Of a stretch of 64,000 nt of DNA, positions 10,360 to 20,037 are shown piece after piece. A program made the position numbers and the translations under genes. The DNA comes from Candidatus Omnitrophota bacterium (GTDB taxonomy: Bacteria > Omnitrophota > Gorgyraeia > Zapsychrales > Aceulaceae): the NCBI GenBank assembly GCA_028693815.1, contig JAQUUP010000003.1, positions 1,850 through 65,849 on the forward strand, written 5' to 3'. The notes beneath the pieces were generated by a model. It was given only the letters and a program-made list of their open reading frames with translations. It did not search any database and was not told where the DNA came from. Positions within the stretch are counted from its first letter, which is position 1; every line of letters begins with the position of its first letter.

Positions 10360-11285
10360 TTCATCGCCTCTCTTAAAATTTGTTCGCCTATATTTTTAAC
10401 CGTGTCATTATCTTTAATATTAATCCATTCTAATCTCTGGTCACGCCGAAACCATGTCAATTGGCGCTTAGCAAAATTTCGAGTATTCTTTTTAATAATT
10501 TCCTTTGTCTGCTCTAAATCGCACCGCCCATCCAAAAACTCAGATATTTCCTTAAAACCAATAATGCTCTTCGCTGTTCGACTAATTTTCTTACCCTTAA
10601 TATTCTCGATTTCTTTAACAGCGCCTTTTTGAAACATTTTGTCTACACGTTTATCAATATCACTATAAAGTTTATCTCGATCTCGATTTAATACAAAAAT
10701 ACAAATATCATATTTACCCCAAAGACCTTCTCTATTTGGATGAAGCTGACTAATTGGTTTTCCGCAAACTTCAAAAACCTCCAAAGCACGTACAAGCCGC
10801 CTAACATCATTCGCATGAATTCTTGACGCAGATATTGGATCTATTTCTTTAAGTCGTTCGAGAGCCTCTTCCCTTCCATTATTTTTAATATTTTCTTCAA
10901 TTCTTTTTCGAACCTCAAAATTCTTTTCAGAATCCTTTTCTTCAAATATTCCGTCAAGTAAAACAGACATATACAATCCACTTCCACCAACAACAATAGG
11001 AATTGTTTTCTTTTTCTCAATAGCACAAATTGCCTTAAGCGCTTCTTGACGGAACATAGAAACATCGAAATTCTTTGCCACCGAAATAACATCAATCAAA
11101 TAATGCTTAATTCCTCCAAGCATCTTTAAAGATGGTTTTCCCGTTAAAATGGAAACCTCTTTGTAAACCTGCATGGCATCGCATGAAATAATTTGTGTTT
11201 TTAGTTTTTTTGCTAACCAAAAAGCAACATCTGTTTTTCCGACAGCGGTTGGTCCAACGATAAAAATAATTTTCTTTTTTGTCAT
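10356..11285 (-). CDS. miaA: tRNA dimethylallyltransferase MiaA
   Basis: The N-terminus IIFIVGPTAVGKTDVAFWLAKKL and overall length fit MiaA. It sits in the conserved miaA-hflX arrangement. Confidence 0.9.
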   Translation of the reverse strand: MTKKKIIFIVGPTAVGKTDVAFWLAKKLKTQIISCDAMQVYKEVSILTGKPSLKMLGGIKHYLIDVISVAKNFDVSMFRQEALKAICAIEKKKTIPIVVGGSGLYMSVLLDGIFEEKDSEKNFEVRKRIEENIKNNGREEALERLKEIDPISASRIHANDVRRLVRALEVFEVCGKPISQLHPNREGLWGKYDICIFVLNRDRDKLYSDIDKRVDKMFQKGAVKEIENIKGKKISRTAKSIIGFKEISEFLDGRCDLEQTKEIIKKNTRNFAKRQLTWFRRDQRLEWINIKDNDTVKNIGEQILREAMK

Positions 11286-11288
11286 AAA

Positions 11289-12059
11289 TTAAGGATAAAT
11301 AATGGTAGGATACCCAATATCAGCGAGTTTATTTCGAAGATTTCTCGCTTTTTCCAAAGAAGTTGTTTCTCCGATACGAACACGATAAAACTTTTTTCCA
11401 TTCTTATCTATTGTCTCAACAATATACCCATATTGTCCTTTTGATTTCAGCTCTGAAACAAGTTTTTCAGCTCGATTTTGATCTAAAAAAGCACCAACTT
11501 GAACAGCAAAATACTGCTTCTCTTCTAAAAGCTGTTTTGCCGTAAAGGCCTCAAGGCTATCAGGAAACTCTTCTTCGATCTTGCGCAAAATTTTTCGTGC
11601 CTCATCCCATCGAGCAAGCCTTAAATTTGCACGAGCTTTCTTAAGATAAATTAAACTTAAAAAGTTTGAGTCTCTGCGATTTTCTAAAAGCTGATCAGTC
11701 TTCTTTAAAACCTGGTCATAATGACCTTCCAAGAAATACGTATTGATAATCCCAATACTTGATTGATCATAAAGATCGCTGTTTGAGGTTTCCTTTACAA
11801 TACTTTGAAAAATATCCCGCGCCTGTTGATAATCACCTAAATACAAATCGCTTAACGCAGCATAATATTTTATCTCATTTTCTTGATTACGAGTAACAGG
11901 CCCTAACAACGCTTCTTTTGCTAAAATGCGTGCCTGCCCAAAATCTTCTCTTAAGATTGAAGTTTTTACATCATCAAGGGTCGCTGCGCAAACATAATTA
12001 GCATTTCTTAAAAAGAAAATACAAAAACCGATAAATATATAAATAATTATTCTTTTCAT
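11289..12059 (-). CDS. Secreted TPR-repeat protein with a C-terminal SPOR domain
   Basis: Signal peptide followed by TPR-like helices. The C-terminal YFAVQVGAF...YRVRIG block is a SPOR peptidoglycan-binding fold. Confidence 0.7.
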   Translation of the reverse strand: MKRIIIYIFIGFCIFFLRNANYVCAATLDDVKTSILREDFGQARILAKEALLGPVTRNQENEIKYYAALSDLYLGDYQQARDIFQSIVKETSNSDLYDQSSIGIINTYFLEGHYDQVLKKTDQLLENRRDSNFLSLIYLKKARANLRLARWDEARKILRKIEEEFPDSLEAFTAKQLLEEKQYFAVQVGAFLDQNRAEKLVSELKSKGQYGYIVETIDKNGKKFYRVRIGETTSLEKARNLRNKLADIGYPTIIYP

Positions 12060-12179
12060 GGATTCTATTTTAACAAAAAATGATAATTTCTAACAGAGAA
12101 TGCTCAATTTCCTCCATTTACAATAAATTAAAAACAAAACCGAAAACAACATGCAAGGCTAAAAAACTCGAAACATTAT

Positions 12180-12569
12180 TTAAAACTCTTGCTGCTCGCT
12201 CTTTCCCTCTACTTTAATCATTTGATTATCAGATTGCTTATGTTCTTCAGTAGTTTGATTAAGCTTTTCAACTTGACCTTGCAGAACGAGCACAGATTCC
12301 TTTAAACTTTCAATTTCCTGCATTATTTCATAAAATCGGCGCGAAAAATATTCTGCATCTTTTTCTACAATAATCTGTGCTCCAACCTTCTCAACCTTAG
12401 CTCCCATAGGAACAACAACACGGCTTCCATCAGTAATCTCAACCGCTTCCATGCCCAAAGGAACATCTTTCAAATTTGCTTCTTTAGGATTAAGATCTTC
12501 TTCAAACCCAAAACATATCAATGGAATTAAAAAGAAAAAGAAAAGAAAAAGCTTAAAAATCCTCATCAT
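12180..12569 (-). CDS. Hypothetical secreted protein
   Basis: 129 aa with an N-terminal hydrophobic signal-like segment. The stop-start overlap with the downstream gene is 4 bp. Confidence 0.45.
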   Translation of the reverse strand: MMRIFKLFLFFFFLIPLICFGFEEDLNPKEANLKDVPLGMEAVEITDGSRVVVPMGAKVEKVGAQIIVEKDAEYFSRRFYEIMQEIESLKESVLVLQGQVEKLNQTTEEHKQSDNQMIKVEGKSEQQEF

Positions 12570-13174
12570 CCTGAAACCTGTGGCTGAATTTCTTCTTTCT
12601 TAGATGGGTTAAAAATACGCTTTAAGAATCGAAACATTTTCTTTAAAAACCATATAGAAACAAAAATAAATAAAATAACAACAATACTAGCAATCACAGG
12701 ATGGTTAATAATCAAATACAAAATACCAACAACAGAAACATCCTCAGTAACGCTTGCCACAGAATTTGTAATAGGCTCTGGTGATGTGTTGATAGCCGCG
12801 CGCGCCGTGGCTTTAGTTAAATGGGACTCAAGGGTAACGCCACCTGCCAAAAGAGCAACAGGTATTTGCAGCGCAGGTCCTGCTCCTGCTGCCGCCATAT
12901 AACCTAAAGCTGCTCCACCAGCTGGTCGAATAAAAGTATGAATGCTATCCCACGCTGAATCAACATAAGGAATTTTATCCGCAAAGAATTCAATCCCATA
13001 AAGTAAAAGCGCTGCAACAATAATTAGAGGATGGGCTAAGATATCCATACTGCCAGGAAGTTCGATCAAGTGCAGCCTCTGTGCAATACCAAGACCTGCC
13101 GTCGTTAAATAAAGATTAACACCTGACCCCCAAGACCCACCAAGAACAACAGGAATAGCGCCTAATGATTCCAT
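12566..13174 (-). CDS. DUF4126-like integral membrane protein
   Basis: 202 aa with several TM segments and a Gly/Ala-rich core containing IPYVDSAWD, resembling DUF4126. Confidence 0.5.
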   Translation of the reverse strand: MESLGAIPVVLGGSWGSGVNLYLTTAGLGIAQRLHLIELPGSMDILAHPLIIVAALLLYGIEFFADKIPYVDSAWDSIHTFIRPAGGAALGYMAAAGAGPALQIPVALLAGGVTLESHLTKATARAAINTSPEPITNSVASVTEDVSVVGILYLIINHPVIASIVVILFIFVSIWFLKKMFRFLKRIFNPSKKEEIQPQVSG

Positions 13175-13189
13175 CCGAAATTCTTTCTA

Positions 13190-13378
13190 TTAATTTTTAT
13201 TATCCCGAGGCCAAACTTTTATCTTTTCAGAATCAGGCTTATTTCGTATCTGATCTAAAATCTCTTTAGCTTCCGGTTTTTCAACTCCAACAGACTTAAT
13301 GGTTTCATCTTTATTATAAATAAATGCGCATCCAACGACTGTTGAAAGCAAAAAAAGAATAGTAATTATTTTTTTCAT
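13190..13378 (-). CDS. Small lipoprotein (62 aa)
   Basis: Lipobox-like LLSTVVGC near the N-terminus. It overlaps the upstream gene by 4 bp. Confidence 0.4.
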   Translation of the reverse strand: MKKIITILFLLSTVVGCAFIYNKDETIKSVGVEKPEAKEILDQIRNKPDSEKIKVWPRDNKN

Positions 13379-13917
13379 TTCTCAAGCTCCTTAATTTGTT
13401 CATTCAAAAGTAACGCCTTAAAATCTTTCCTTGCCAGATTTCCCTTATATCCGATTTCAACAACCTCTAAAATTTCAATCTTAAAAATAACAAATTTATC
13501 TGACATGCCCATTTCAAAATCTTCATGAATTTTCTTCTCTCGAACACCATCAATAACACGTTTAACTGTTAGAGCCATTTCTTTTTCCTGCAGATCATCA
13601 ATAAGCTGTTGACAAATCGCATGGCCTTCAATAATTTTGCCTTTTCCCTTAACTTGATACCCTTTTAATGATTTTTCATCTACAAAAGATAGGGAAACGC
13701 TAGAATCACGGTTTAAATTCTCCCATGTTTTCCCAATCGTGCAATCAATTAAATAAATAAACTCATCCAATGTTTTTAAAATCATTTTAGGCGCGGCATT
13801 GGGATGCCCATCAGCATTAACAGTTGCCACATTTAAAAACTGAATCTTATTTAAAAGTTTTTTAAATTCATCAATACGCATAAAAAATATTCTACCCTTT
13901 TTATGTTTAATCAACAA
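13375..13917 (-). CDS. Pyridoxamine 5'-phosphate oxidase-like FMN-binding family protein
   Basis: The NVATVNADGHPNAAP motif and length fit the PNPOx-like split-barrel family. The true start may be the internal Met at 13878. Confidence 0.5.
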   Translation of the reverse strand: MLIKHKKGRIFFMRIDEFKKLLNKIQFLNVATVNADGHPNAAPKMILKTLDEFIYLIDCTIGKTWENLNRDSSVSLSFVDEKSLKGYQVKGKGKIIEGHAICQQLIDDLQEKEMALTVKRVIDGVREKKIHEDFEMGMSDKFVIFKIEILEVVEIGYKGNLARKDFKALLLNEQIKELEK

Positions 13918-13933
13918 GAAATATTATAAAGAT

Positions 13934-13972
13934 AAAAAGGGCAAACCGCAACAAGCGGTTTGCCCTTTTTTT
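13934..13972. terminator. Bidirectional rho-independent terminator
   Basis: Hairpin GGGCAAACCGC-aacaa-GCGGTTTGCCC followed by a T7 run, directly downstream of the EF-G paralog. Confidence 0.7.
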
Positions 13973-13988
13973 ACTGCATTATAACCCC

Positions 13989-15925
13989 TTATTCTTTCTT
14001 GGCCTTTTGACCAACAACTTGCGATACCACTTTTTCTGGAGATTTCTCGTAATGAGAAAACTTCATGCTATAAGTTCCTCGACCTGCAGTGACAGAGCGA
14101 AGATCCGTCGCATATTTAAACATTTCCGAAAGCGGCACATGAGCTTTTAAAATTTGCTTCTTAACTCTAACTTCAGATCCCATAATTCGTCCCCTGCGAG
14201 AACTAAGATCCTTTGTAATCTGACCTAGAAATTCGTCTGGAATAACAATGGAAACTTCCATAATTGGTTCAAGCAAAGCCGGTCCTGCCAATTTAACCGC
14301 TTCTCTCAAAGCCATTGCAGCTGCAATCTGAAATGCCATATCAGATGAATCAACAGCATGAAACGATCCATCCAAAACAGTCACTTGAATATTTTGAATT
14401 GGAAAACCAGCTAAACGCCATCATGAACAGCCTGTCGTACCCCTTTCTCAACAGAAGGAATATAATTTCTCGGAATTGCCCCACCAAAAATCTTATTAAT
14501 AAACTCAAACTCTGCTCCATCTTTTGACAATGGCTTAACTTCAAGCTCAACATCTCCGTACTGTCCACGTCCACCAGATTGTTTCTTATATTTATGGCGA
14601 GCGCGCGCTGTTCTTGAAATAGTTTCTCGATAAGAAACTTTAGGCGTGCCAAGATCTACGTCAACATGATAGCGCATTCTCATTCTTTCCAACATAACTT
14701 TAAGATGAAGATCACCGACACCAGAAACAATAAGTTCGTTTGTATCATTATCTCGATAAGATCGAAACGTATGATCTTCCTCGCACATGCGATGTAAACT
14801 TGCTGAAATCTTCTCTTCATCCGAACGTGTTTTAGGTTTAATCGACGCCGAAATAGATGGCTCAGGAAATTTAATCGGATCAAAAATAATTCTTTCCTTG
14901 TTTTCACACAACGTGTCACACACATGCGTATTTTTAAGTTTTGGCAAAGCAACAATATCGCCACAACTTGCTTCTGTAACACTAATTTGCTCTTTTCCTT
15001 GTAATATACTAATAGAGCCAACCGTTTCTCTTGTGTTTTGATTAACATTAAAGAATGACGAATTTGCTGTCATTTTTCCACTTAAAATGCGGACCAAAGA
15101 CAAATGCCCAAGGTGAGGATCAAACATCGACTTAAAAACATACCCTGTCAAAGGAGCTTGATCTAACGGCTTGATGCGCCTGATTTCTTCAGAATTCTGG
15201 AGATGTGCTTCAAATTCTGGATGCTCAACTGGAGAAGGCAAATATGCAACGATCCCATTTAAAAGGTCTTTAATTCCCGCATCCGTCAAAGCGCTTCCAG
15301 AAAAAATAGGAAAGAATTTTGCCTGCGAAACAGCTTTATGAAGAGCTTGCTTAATTTCATTTTCAGACAAAGTTCCCACCTCTAAATACTTCTCAATCAG
15401 CTCATCATCCGTCTCTGCTACAGACTCAATAAACTGAGGATCATTGTAATCAACAACACCTGCCTTAGATGAAAGCTGCTCTCTGATTGAAGCAATAGTT
15501 TCGTCTATATTAACTTCATTTTTATCTGTTTTATTAATAAAAATAATGCGAGGAATATATCGTTCTTGAAGCCGCTGCCAAACATCCTCAGTTCCAACTT
15601 CAACACCATTGACGGCATCCACGATAACAATAGCTGAATCTACAACTCTTAAGGCAGAAATTGTCTCGCCAATAAAATCAGAATATCCAGGAGTATCTAT
15701 GATTTGAATTTGATAATTATTATATTTTACGGTGAGCATGCTAGCGTTAATCGAGATCTGACGCTCAATCTCATCATCATTAAAATCACTAATCGAGCTT
15801 CCTTTTTGAACATCACCTTTGCGCGTAATTGATCCGCTAACGAACAAAATGCTTTCCGCAAGCGACGTCTTACCGCAATGAGCGTGTCCAACTAATGCAA
15901 TGTCGCGCTTAAATTTGGCTTCCAT
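13989..15925 (-). pseudogene. Elongation factor G paralog (EF-G2-like) split by a -1 frameshift near 14385-14411
   Basis: The 5' ORF carries the GTPase domain (AHCGKTSLAE, DTPGYSDF, NKTD) and domains II-IV, ending ...VEKGVRQAVHDGV*. The 3' ORF (13989-14384) carries domain V. The lost frame continues LAGFPIQNIQVTVLDGSFHAVDSSDMAF, which is contiguous in intact EF-G. Confidence 0.75.
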
Positions 15926-15966
15926 AATCATTTCCCCTCTTTTAATTTTTATAATCACAATATGTT

Positions 15967-16425
15967 CTAAGCATACGAAATATCACCTGTTTCTACGTCT
16001 AACATAACATGCTTATGACCGACATCAACAGCAGAAACTTCACGACACCTAATGCGTCGCTCTTTTAAGATATTAAAAATTCGATCTACTTCTTCATCAT
16101 ACTCAAAATCATCTTTTTGATGATCAACATTCTCGCCAGCCACAAGAGAAACTTCGATGTCGTCTGATGCTGCCCCAAGAAGAGTCATATTAGAAATCAT
16201 TTTATCGATCGACTCTCGAGCATCTTTCGCAAGAATAGGATCTGTTTTTTCTTTATGCACACTATGAAGAAACATTGCATGGGCAATTGCTCCAATCTTA
16301 TGCATCGGATCTCTTGCCACAATCGCAAAACAAGAACGATCTCGAATATCTGACTTCAAAATTACCTCTCCTCGGCCAGCAGTGGCTTCTCCTTTATGAA
16401 CATTAACAAATCGTTTCATCCGCAC
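15967..16425 (-). CDS. CheD-like chemoreceptor glutamine deamidase family protein (orphan)
   Basis: SCFAIVARDPMHKIGAIAHAMF resembles the CheD active-site region GSCVAV..DP..K.GGMAH. The C-terminal ...LDVETGDI is also CheD-like. No other che genes are in the window. Confidence 0.5.
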   Translation of the reverse strand: MRMKRFVNVHKGEATAGRGEVILKSDIRDRSCFAIVARDPMHKIGAIAHAMFLHSVHKEKTDPILAKDARESIDKMISNMTLLGAASDDIEVSLVAGENVDHQKDDFEYDEEVDRIFNILKERRIRCREVSAVDVGHKHVMLDVETGDISYA

Positions 16426-16462
16426 CTCCCGCTTTTTATGATTAATAAATTTTTTACCGAAT

Positions 16463-16680
16463 AACAGAAAAGGGGCAACTCTTAACTCACAAGAGTTGCC
16501 CCTCTAAAAATCTTTATTTAGTATTTTATTAACATTCATAACGCAGCCTCCCTTAATTGAAAAGGGCTCAGAACTTTAAAATACTTAATAATTAAAAAGG
16601 GCAGCTCTGTAAAGAGCTGCCCTTAAAATTTCTAAATATTTTTTAAGCGAACATTCATAACCTGGAAGCCTCCTGTCGCT
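16463..16680 (-). promoter_or_regulatory. Two tandem paralogous modules, each RBS + mini-ORF + intrinsic terminator, upstream of the CheD-like gene
   Basis: Module 2 is AGGAGG-N10-ATG (16658..16632: MNVRLKNI*) followed by hairpin GGGCAGCTCT/AGAGCTGCCC and a T-run. Module 1 is GGGAGG-N7-ATG (16539..16504: MNVNKILNKDF*) followed by GGGGCAACTCTT/AAGAGTTGCCCC and a T-run. Confidence 0.5.
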
Positions 16681-16744
16681 AGGTCAAGTGACGCTATTTT
16701 ATTCCTTTTTTAAATACTTGGCAAGAAATTCTTTTTACTTGCCG

Positions 16745-18067
16745 CTAAATATCTTTCAAATTCAAATTATCTTTAGATGTTTCAATTGCCTGCTCCAAAC
16801 CCTTTAGACAATCCGAAATCTTATTCATTTCTTTCGTTGAAACAACAGGAATACTGTCCACTCCCCTATCATCGATCATCTTTACAACATTCTTTATTGT
16901 ATAAAGTTCAATGTTACGTGCCGGCTGATATCCTGTAGCCCCATCATCTCTTTTAACTTCAGCTAAAACACCAGCCTCTGTTAAATTAAATAAAATTTCA
17001 TTTGTTAAACGTATTGGCGACTCTAAAACATGTGAAATTTCTTCAGCTTTAGGGGCCAAATCTCCTTTATAAAGATGCTTGATGCACAAATGCGTAATAG
17101 CCAACGCCATAAATCTTCTAAAAGATCGGCTAGCTTTTAAACAATCTGGTTCAAATTCATATGTGTCAACATTCTGCTTTGCAAAAGAAACTTCTGCGCC
17201 AAAAAGAACAATGAGCCAACTCACCTGAAGCCATACCAAAAAAAGCGGCAAAGCAGCAAAGCTACCATAAATCGCACCATATTTACTGGCCCCAATTTGA
17301 AAGTTTATATAGGCCCATTGCACAATTTGGTAAACAGTTCCAGCAATAACGCCACCCATTAATGCTGAAGAGAGCTTAACTTTAGTATTTGGCATAAAAA
17401 TATAAATAAAAGTAAACATAACCCAAATCACAACAAACGGCAAAAGCTTAAGAGAGAAAAATATAAACGGTGCAACAGCGCCTAAAATTTCAATTCTTTG
17501 AGTAATCGCCGTAATTTGGCTCGCGACCAAAACTGTTGCACTACTCGACATAATCAAAAGAATCGGGCAAATTAACATAATGGAAAGATAGTCACTGAAC
17601 TTTCGGCTGAACCCTCTTCCTTTTTTAATACCCCAAATATCATTAAAAGATGTTTCAATGTTTCCTAAAACTTTAATGACTGTCCAAAACAAAATAACCA
17701 CACCAATTCCTGCGATGAGCCCACCTCTTGTATTTTCTAAAAACGCATTCGAAAACCCTATGATTTGAGCGACAATTTCTTCTTGCCCAGGCAAGCGATT
17801 ATACAGCTGTGCTTCAAGCATTGATTCAAAACCAAACCCTTTCGCAATTCCGAATGCCATGGCAACAACCGGCACAACGGAAAGCAAAGAATAAAAAGTT
17901 AAGGCTGATGCTCTAAGCTGACATTTATCCTCATTAAATCCGCGCAAAGCTAATAAAACAATTCTCAACTGCTGGATTAAGAAAAATTTTGTTTTTGGGA
18001 GCTTGTTGGCACGAATACGCCAAATATCCGTTTTTAAAAATCGAACAAACTTTGAAATGTTGGCCAT
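16745..18067 (-). CDS. YihY/BrkB family membrane protein with a C-terminal extension
   Basis: The N-terminal ALTFYSLLSVVP and a six-TM core are typical of YihY/BrkB (formerly called RNase BN). About 130 aa of cytoplasmic tail follow. Confidence 0.8.
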   Translation of the reverse strand: MANISKFVRFLKTDIWRIRANKLPKTKFFLIQQLRIVLLALRGFNEDKCQLRASALTFYSLLSVVPVVAMAFGIAKGFGFESMLEAQLYNRLPGQEEIVAQIIGFSNAFLENTRGGLIAGIGVVILFWTVIKVLGNIETSFNDIWGIKKGRGFSRKFSDYLSIMLICPILLIMSSSATVLVASQITAITQRIEILGAVAPFIFFSLKLLPFVVIWVMFTFIYIFMPNTKVKLSSALMGGVIAGTVYQIVQWAYINFQIGASKYGAIYGSFAALPLFLVWLQVSWLIVLFGAEVSFAKQNVDTYEFEPDCLKASRSFRRFMALAITHLCIKHLYKGDLAPKAEEISHVLESPIRLTNEILFNLTEAGVLAEVKRDDGATGYQPARNIELYTIKNVVKMIDDRGVDSIPVVSTKEMNKISDCLKGLEQAIETSKDNLNLKDI

Positions 18068-18171
18068 GTTTAACTTTCAGTTAAGACATTATTAAAAGGA
18101 AATTAGGGGAGATGCTTCTTGATTCTCAGAAAATATCTCCCCCCTAAACCTAACAACAAACCTTGCAACCT

Positions 18172-18339
18172 TTATTTCTTTTTTCCAACAAGATAATAAA
18201 GAATCAAACCAACCACCGGAAGAATAAGAATCAAAACAATCCAAAGAACCTTCTTGCCTGTATCCTTGATGGTTTTAATACAATCAACAATAGCTAAAAC
18301 ATCTAAAACCAAAACTACTAAACCTAGTAAAGTACCCAT
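18172..18339 (-). CDS. PLD nuclease N-terminal (PLDc_N) domain small membrane protein
   Basis: The C-terminal ILILPVVGLILYYLVGKKK block is the PLDc_N hallmark. The track ORF extends to 18441, but that extension lies over a dispersed repeat element, so the Met at 18339 is preferred. Confidence 0.55.
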   Translation of the reverse strand: MGTLLGLVVLVLDVLAIVDCIKTIKDTGKKVLWIVLILILPVVGLILYYLVGKKK

Positions 18340-18400
18340 CACTTCCGCCTTTAAATGAGCACGTGTCTTATGGAAAGCTAATGAACATAAGTCACTGTGC
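18340..18400. repeat. Conserved ~60-nt 5'-leader element (copy upstream of PLDc_N)
   Basis: AAATGAGC...CTTATGGA...GAACATAAG...GCGAATTTACTCCG aligns with the copies at 19975-20037 and 22381-22435. Confidence 0.6.
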
Positions 18401-18457
18401 GAATTTACTCCGTGCCTGAAAGGCATCGAAGTTCTTAACATTTGGCTTTGAACGTTA

Positions 18458-18560
18458 TCCCAAGAAGGTCCAGGTTTGCGGAATAAAATAACGTAAATCT
18501 GCTAACCCGACGCCATCCTCGCGCGTTCAAAAAATGCGCGGAGACTTCCTTAGGGTTTCC
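18458..18560. repeat. ~105-bp dispersed intergenic element, copy B
   Basis: About 85% identical to 22586-22690. It contains the conserved hairpin GGTTTGCG-GAATAAAATAA-CGTAAAYC and a second stem before AAAAAATGC. Confidence 0.65.
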
Positions 18561-18658
18561 ATATTTAATTTCTTAAGCAATGCTGAACAATGCCTTAATA
18601 TACCTTATTTTTCAAAGAATCGTCAAGCACAAAGAACTACCACAACTATCTAAGATCT

Positions 18659-19195
18659 TTATCGAAATTCAGAAATTTCAACCACATCTTTTCTTATCTT
18701 CTCACGCAAACCATCGCCTTGCGGATATCCCACGCTAAACATAATATCAATTTGATCTTTTCTTGAAAGCCCCAACACTTTTTTTACACCTCTTTGATTA
18801 AACCATCCAAGCCAACAAGTTCCTAGCCCCTCTTCGGCGGCCTGTAAACAAAAATGTTCACCTGCGATCCCTAAATCAATCAAGCTATATTGCGTCCCAC
18901 GAAAATGACCCGCTAATTGCGCTGCATATTTTGACCGCTCGGTTACAACAGCAACTAAAACCGGCGCATTTTTTGCAAAGCTATTCATCGTGTGCACACC
19001 AGAAAAAGCCGCATCAGCTAACTTGTTCTTAAGTTCCGTCTCGGCAACGACAATAAATCGCCAGGGCTGAGAATTGCATGCCGATGGGGCTAAGCGCGCC
19101 GCCTCAACACACCTCTCTAAAACTTCTTTAGGAACAGGAGCATCAGAATATTTTCTACAACTTTGGCGTTTTTTAGAAAGATTTAAAAAATTCAT
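18659..19195 (-). CDS. Nitroreductase family protein
   Basis: [18 protein letters not shown] and the ~178-aa length fit the family. Confidence 0.8.
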   Translation of the reverse strand: MNFLNLSKKRQSCRKYSDAPVPKEVLERCVEAARLAPSACNSQPWRFIVVAETELKNKLADAAFSGVHTMNSFAKNAPVLVAVVTERSKYAAQLAGHFRGTQYSLIDLGIAGEHFCLQAAEEGLGTCWLGWFNQRGVKKVLGLSRKDQIDIMFSVGYPQGDGLREKIRKDVVEISEFR

Positions 19196-19974
19196 TTTCT
19201 TTGCTCGAGATAAGTTTTAATAATTTCCTTATGATCAAACGCATACATGCCTTCTAAAAGTTTATCGTAAGGCACGATCTTTAAATTTTGAGCATCATCA
19301 CCTGATTGCGGCGTTCCAACTCCTTTGGCAACAAAAACGGTATCAATTGTATGAAACCGCGGATCACGGCTCGGGTCAGAATAAGTATGAAATTGTCTCA
19401 AATCTTCAAGATCTAAATTTGTTTCTTCTTTGGCTTCTCTTACTACTGCGGCTTCTAGACTTTCGCCAGGCTCAACAAACCCTCCGGGCAAAGCCCAGCC
19501 AAAAGGCGGATTGCTTCGTTCAATAATCACAAGGCCTTCAGGCCTTTCGATAATCGCGTCTACCGTGCAATACGGCTCGCCAGCTAGATGTTTAAGCAAA
19601 TGATGAATATAACCATAAACTTCTTTTTCAAAGACTTCTAGAAGCTCTTTATTGTCGACGGCAATGATGATTCTTTCTAAAAGCGCTTTACCATTCTTAA
19701 GCAATCGATAAATTTCCTGAGTCACAATGCGCGTTAGACCAACGGCTGGAAAGTTTTTAGGTAGGATAATATCTAAAACAACGGTTTTGTGTTTTTCGTT
19801 ATTACTTTTTTCTAAAATATCGCGGCAAATCTTTCGAATAGGCGCTTCTCTTTCTTGTAAAGAAAGCGAACTATCAATTTTATTAACATCCAAAAAGCTT
19901 CCGACAAAATCAGCATCAATATTCTTTGCTTTCTCTAATACAACGTCAATATCGGTTTGTTGAATACGTTCCAT
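19192..19974 (-). CDS. NUDIX hydrolase with an N-terminal accessory domain
   Basis: Nudix box [24 protein letters not shown] in the C-terminal half. It overlaps the downstream gene by 4 bp. Confidence 0.8.
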   Translation of the reverse strand: MERIQQTDIDVVLEKAKNIDADFVGSFLDVNKIDSSLSLQEREAPIRKICRDILEKSNNEKHKTVVLDIILPKNFPAVGLTRIVTQEIYRLLKNGKALLERIIIAVDNKELLEVFEKEVYGYIHHLLKHLAGEPYCTVDAIIERPEGLVIIERSNPPFGWALPGGFVEPGESLEAAVVREAKEETNLDLEDLRQFHTYSDPSRDPRFHTIDTVFVAKGVGTPQSGDDAQNLKIVPYDKLLEGMYAFDHKEIIKTYLEQRK

Positions 19975-20037
19975 AAATGAGCTCCAAGCTTATAAAATGT
20001 CAACGAACATAAGTTCGCTCAGCGAATTTATCCCAAT
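19975..20037. repeat. Conserved ~60-nt 5'-leader element (copy upstream of the NUDIX gene)
   Basis: CAT-AAATGAGCTCCAAGCTTAT...CGAACATAAGTTCGCTCAGCGAATTTATCCC, immediately 5' of the start codon. Confidence 0.6.

Noticed and set aside
18340-18441. N-terminal 34-aa extension of the PLDc_N ORF (start at 18441)
   Set aside because: The extension is a translation of the conserved leader/repeat element shared with nrdR and the NUDIX gene. The PLDc_N family is about 55-60 aa, so the internal Met at 18339 is the likely start.
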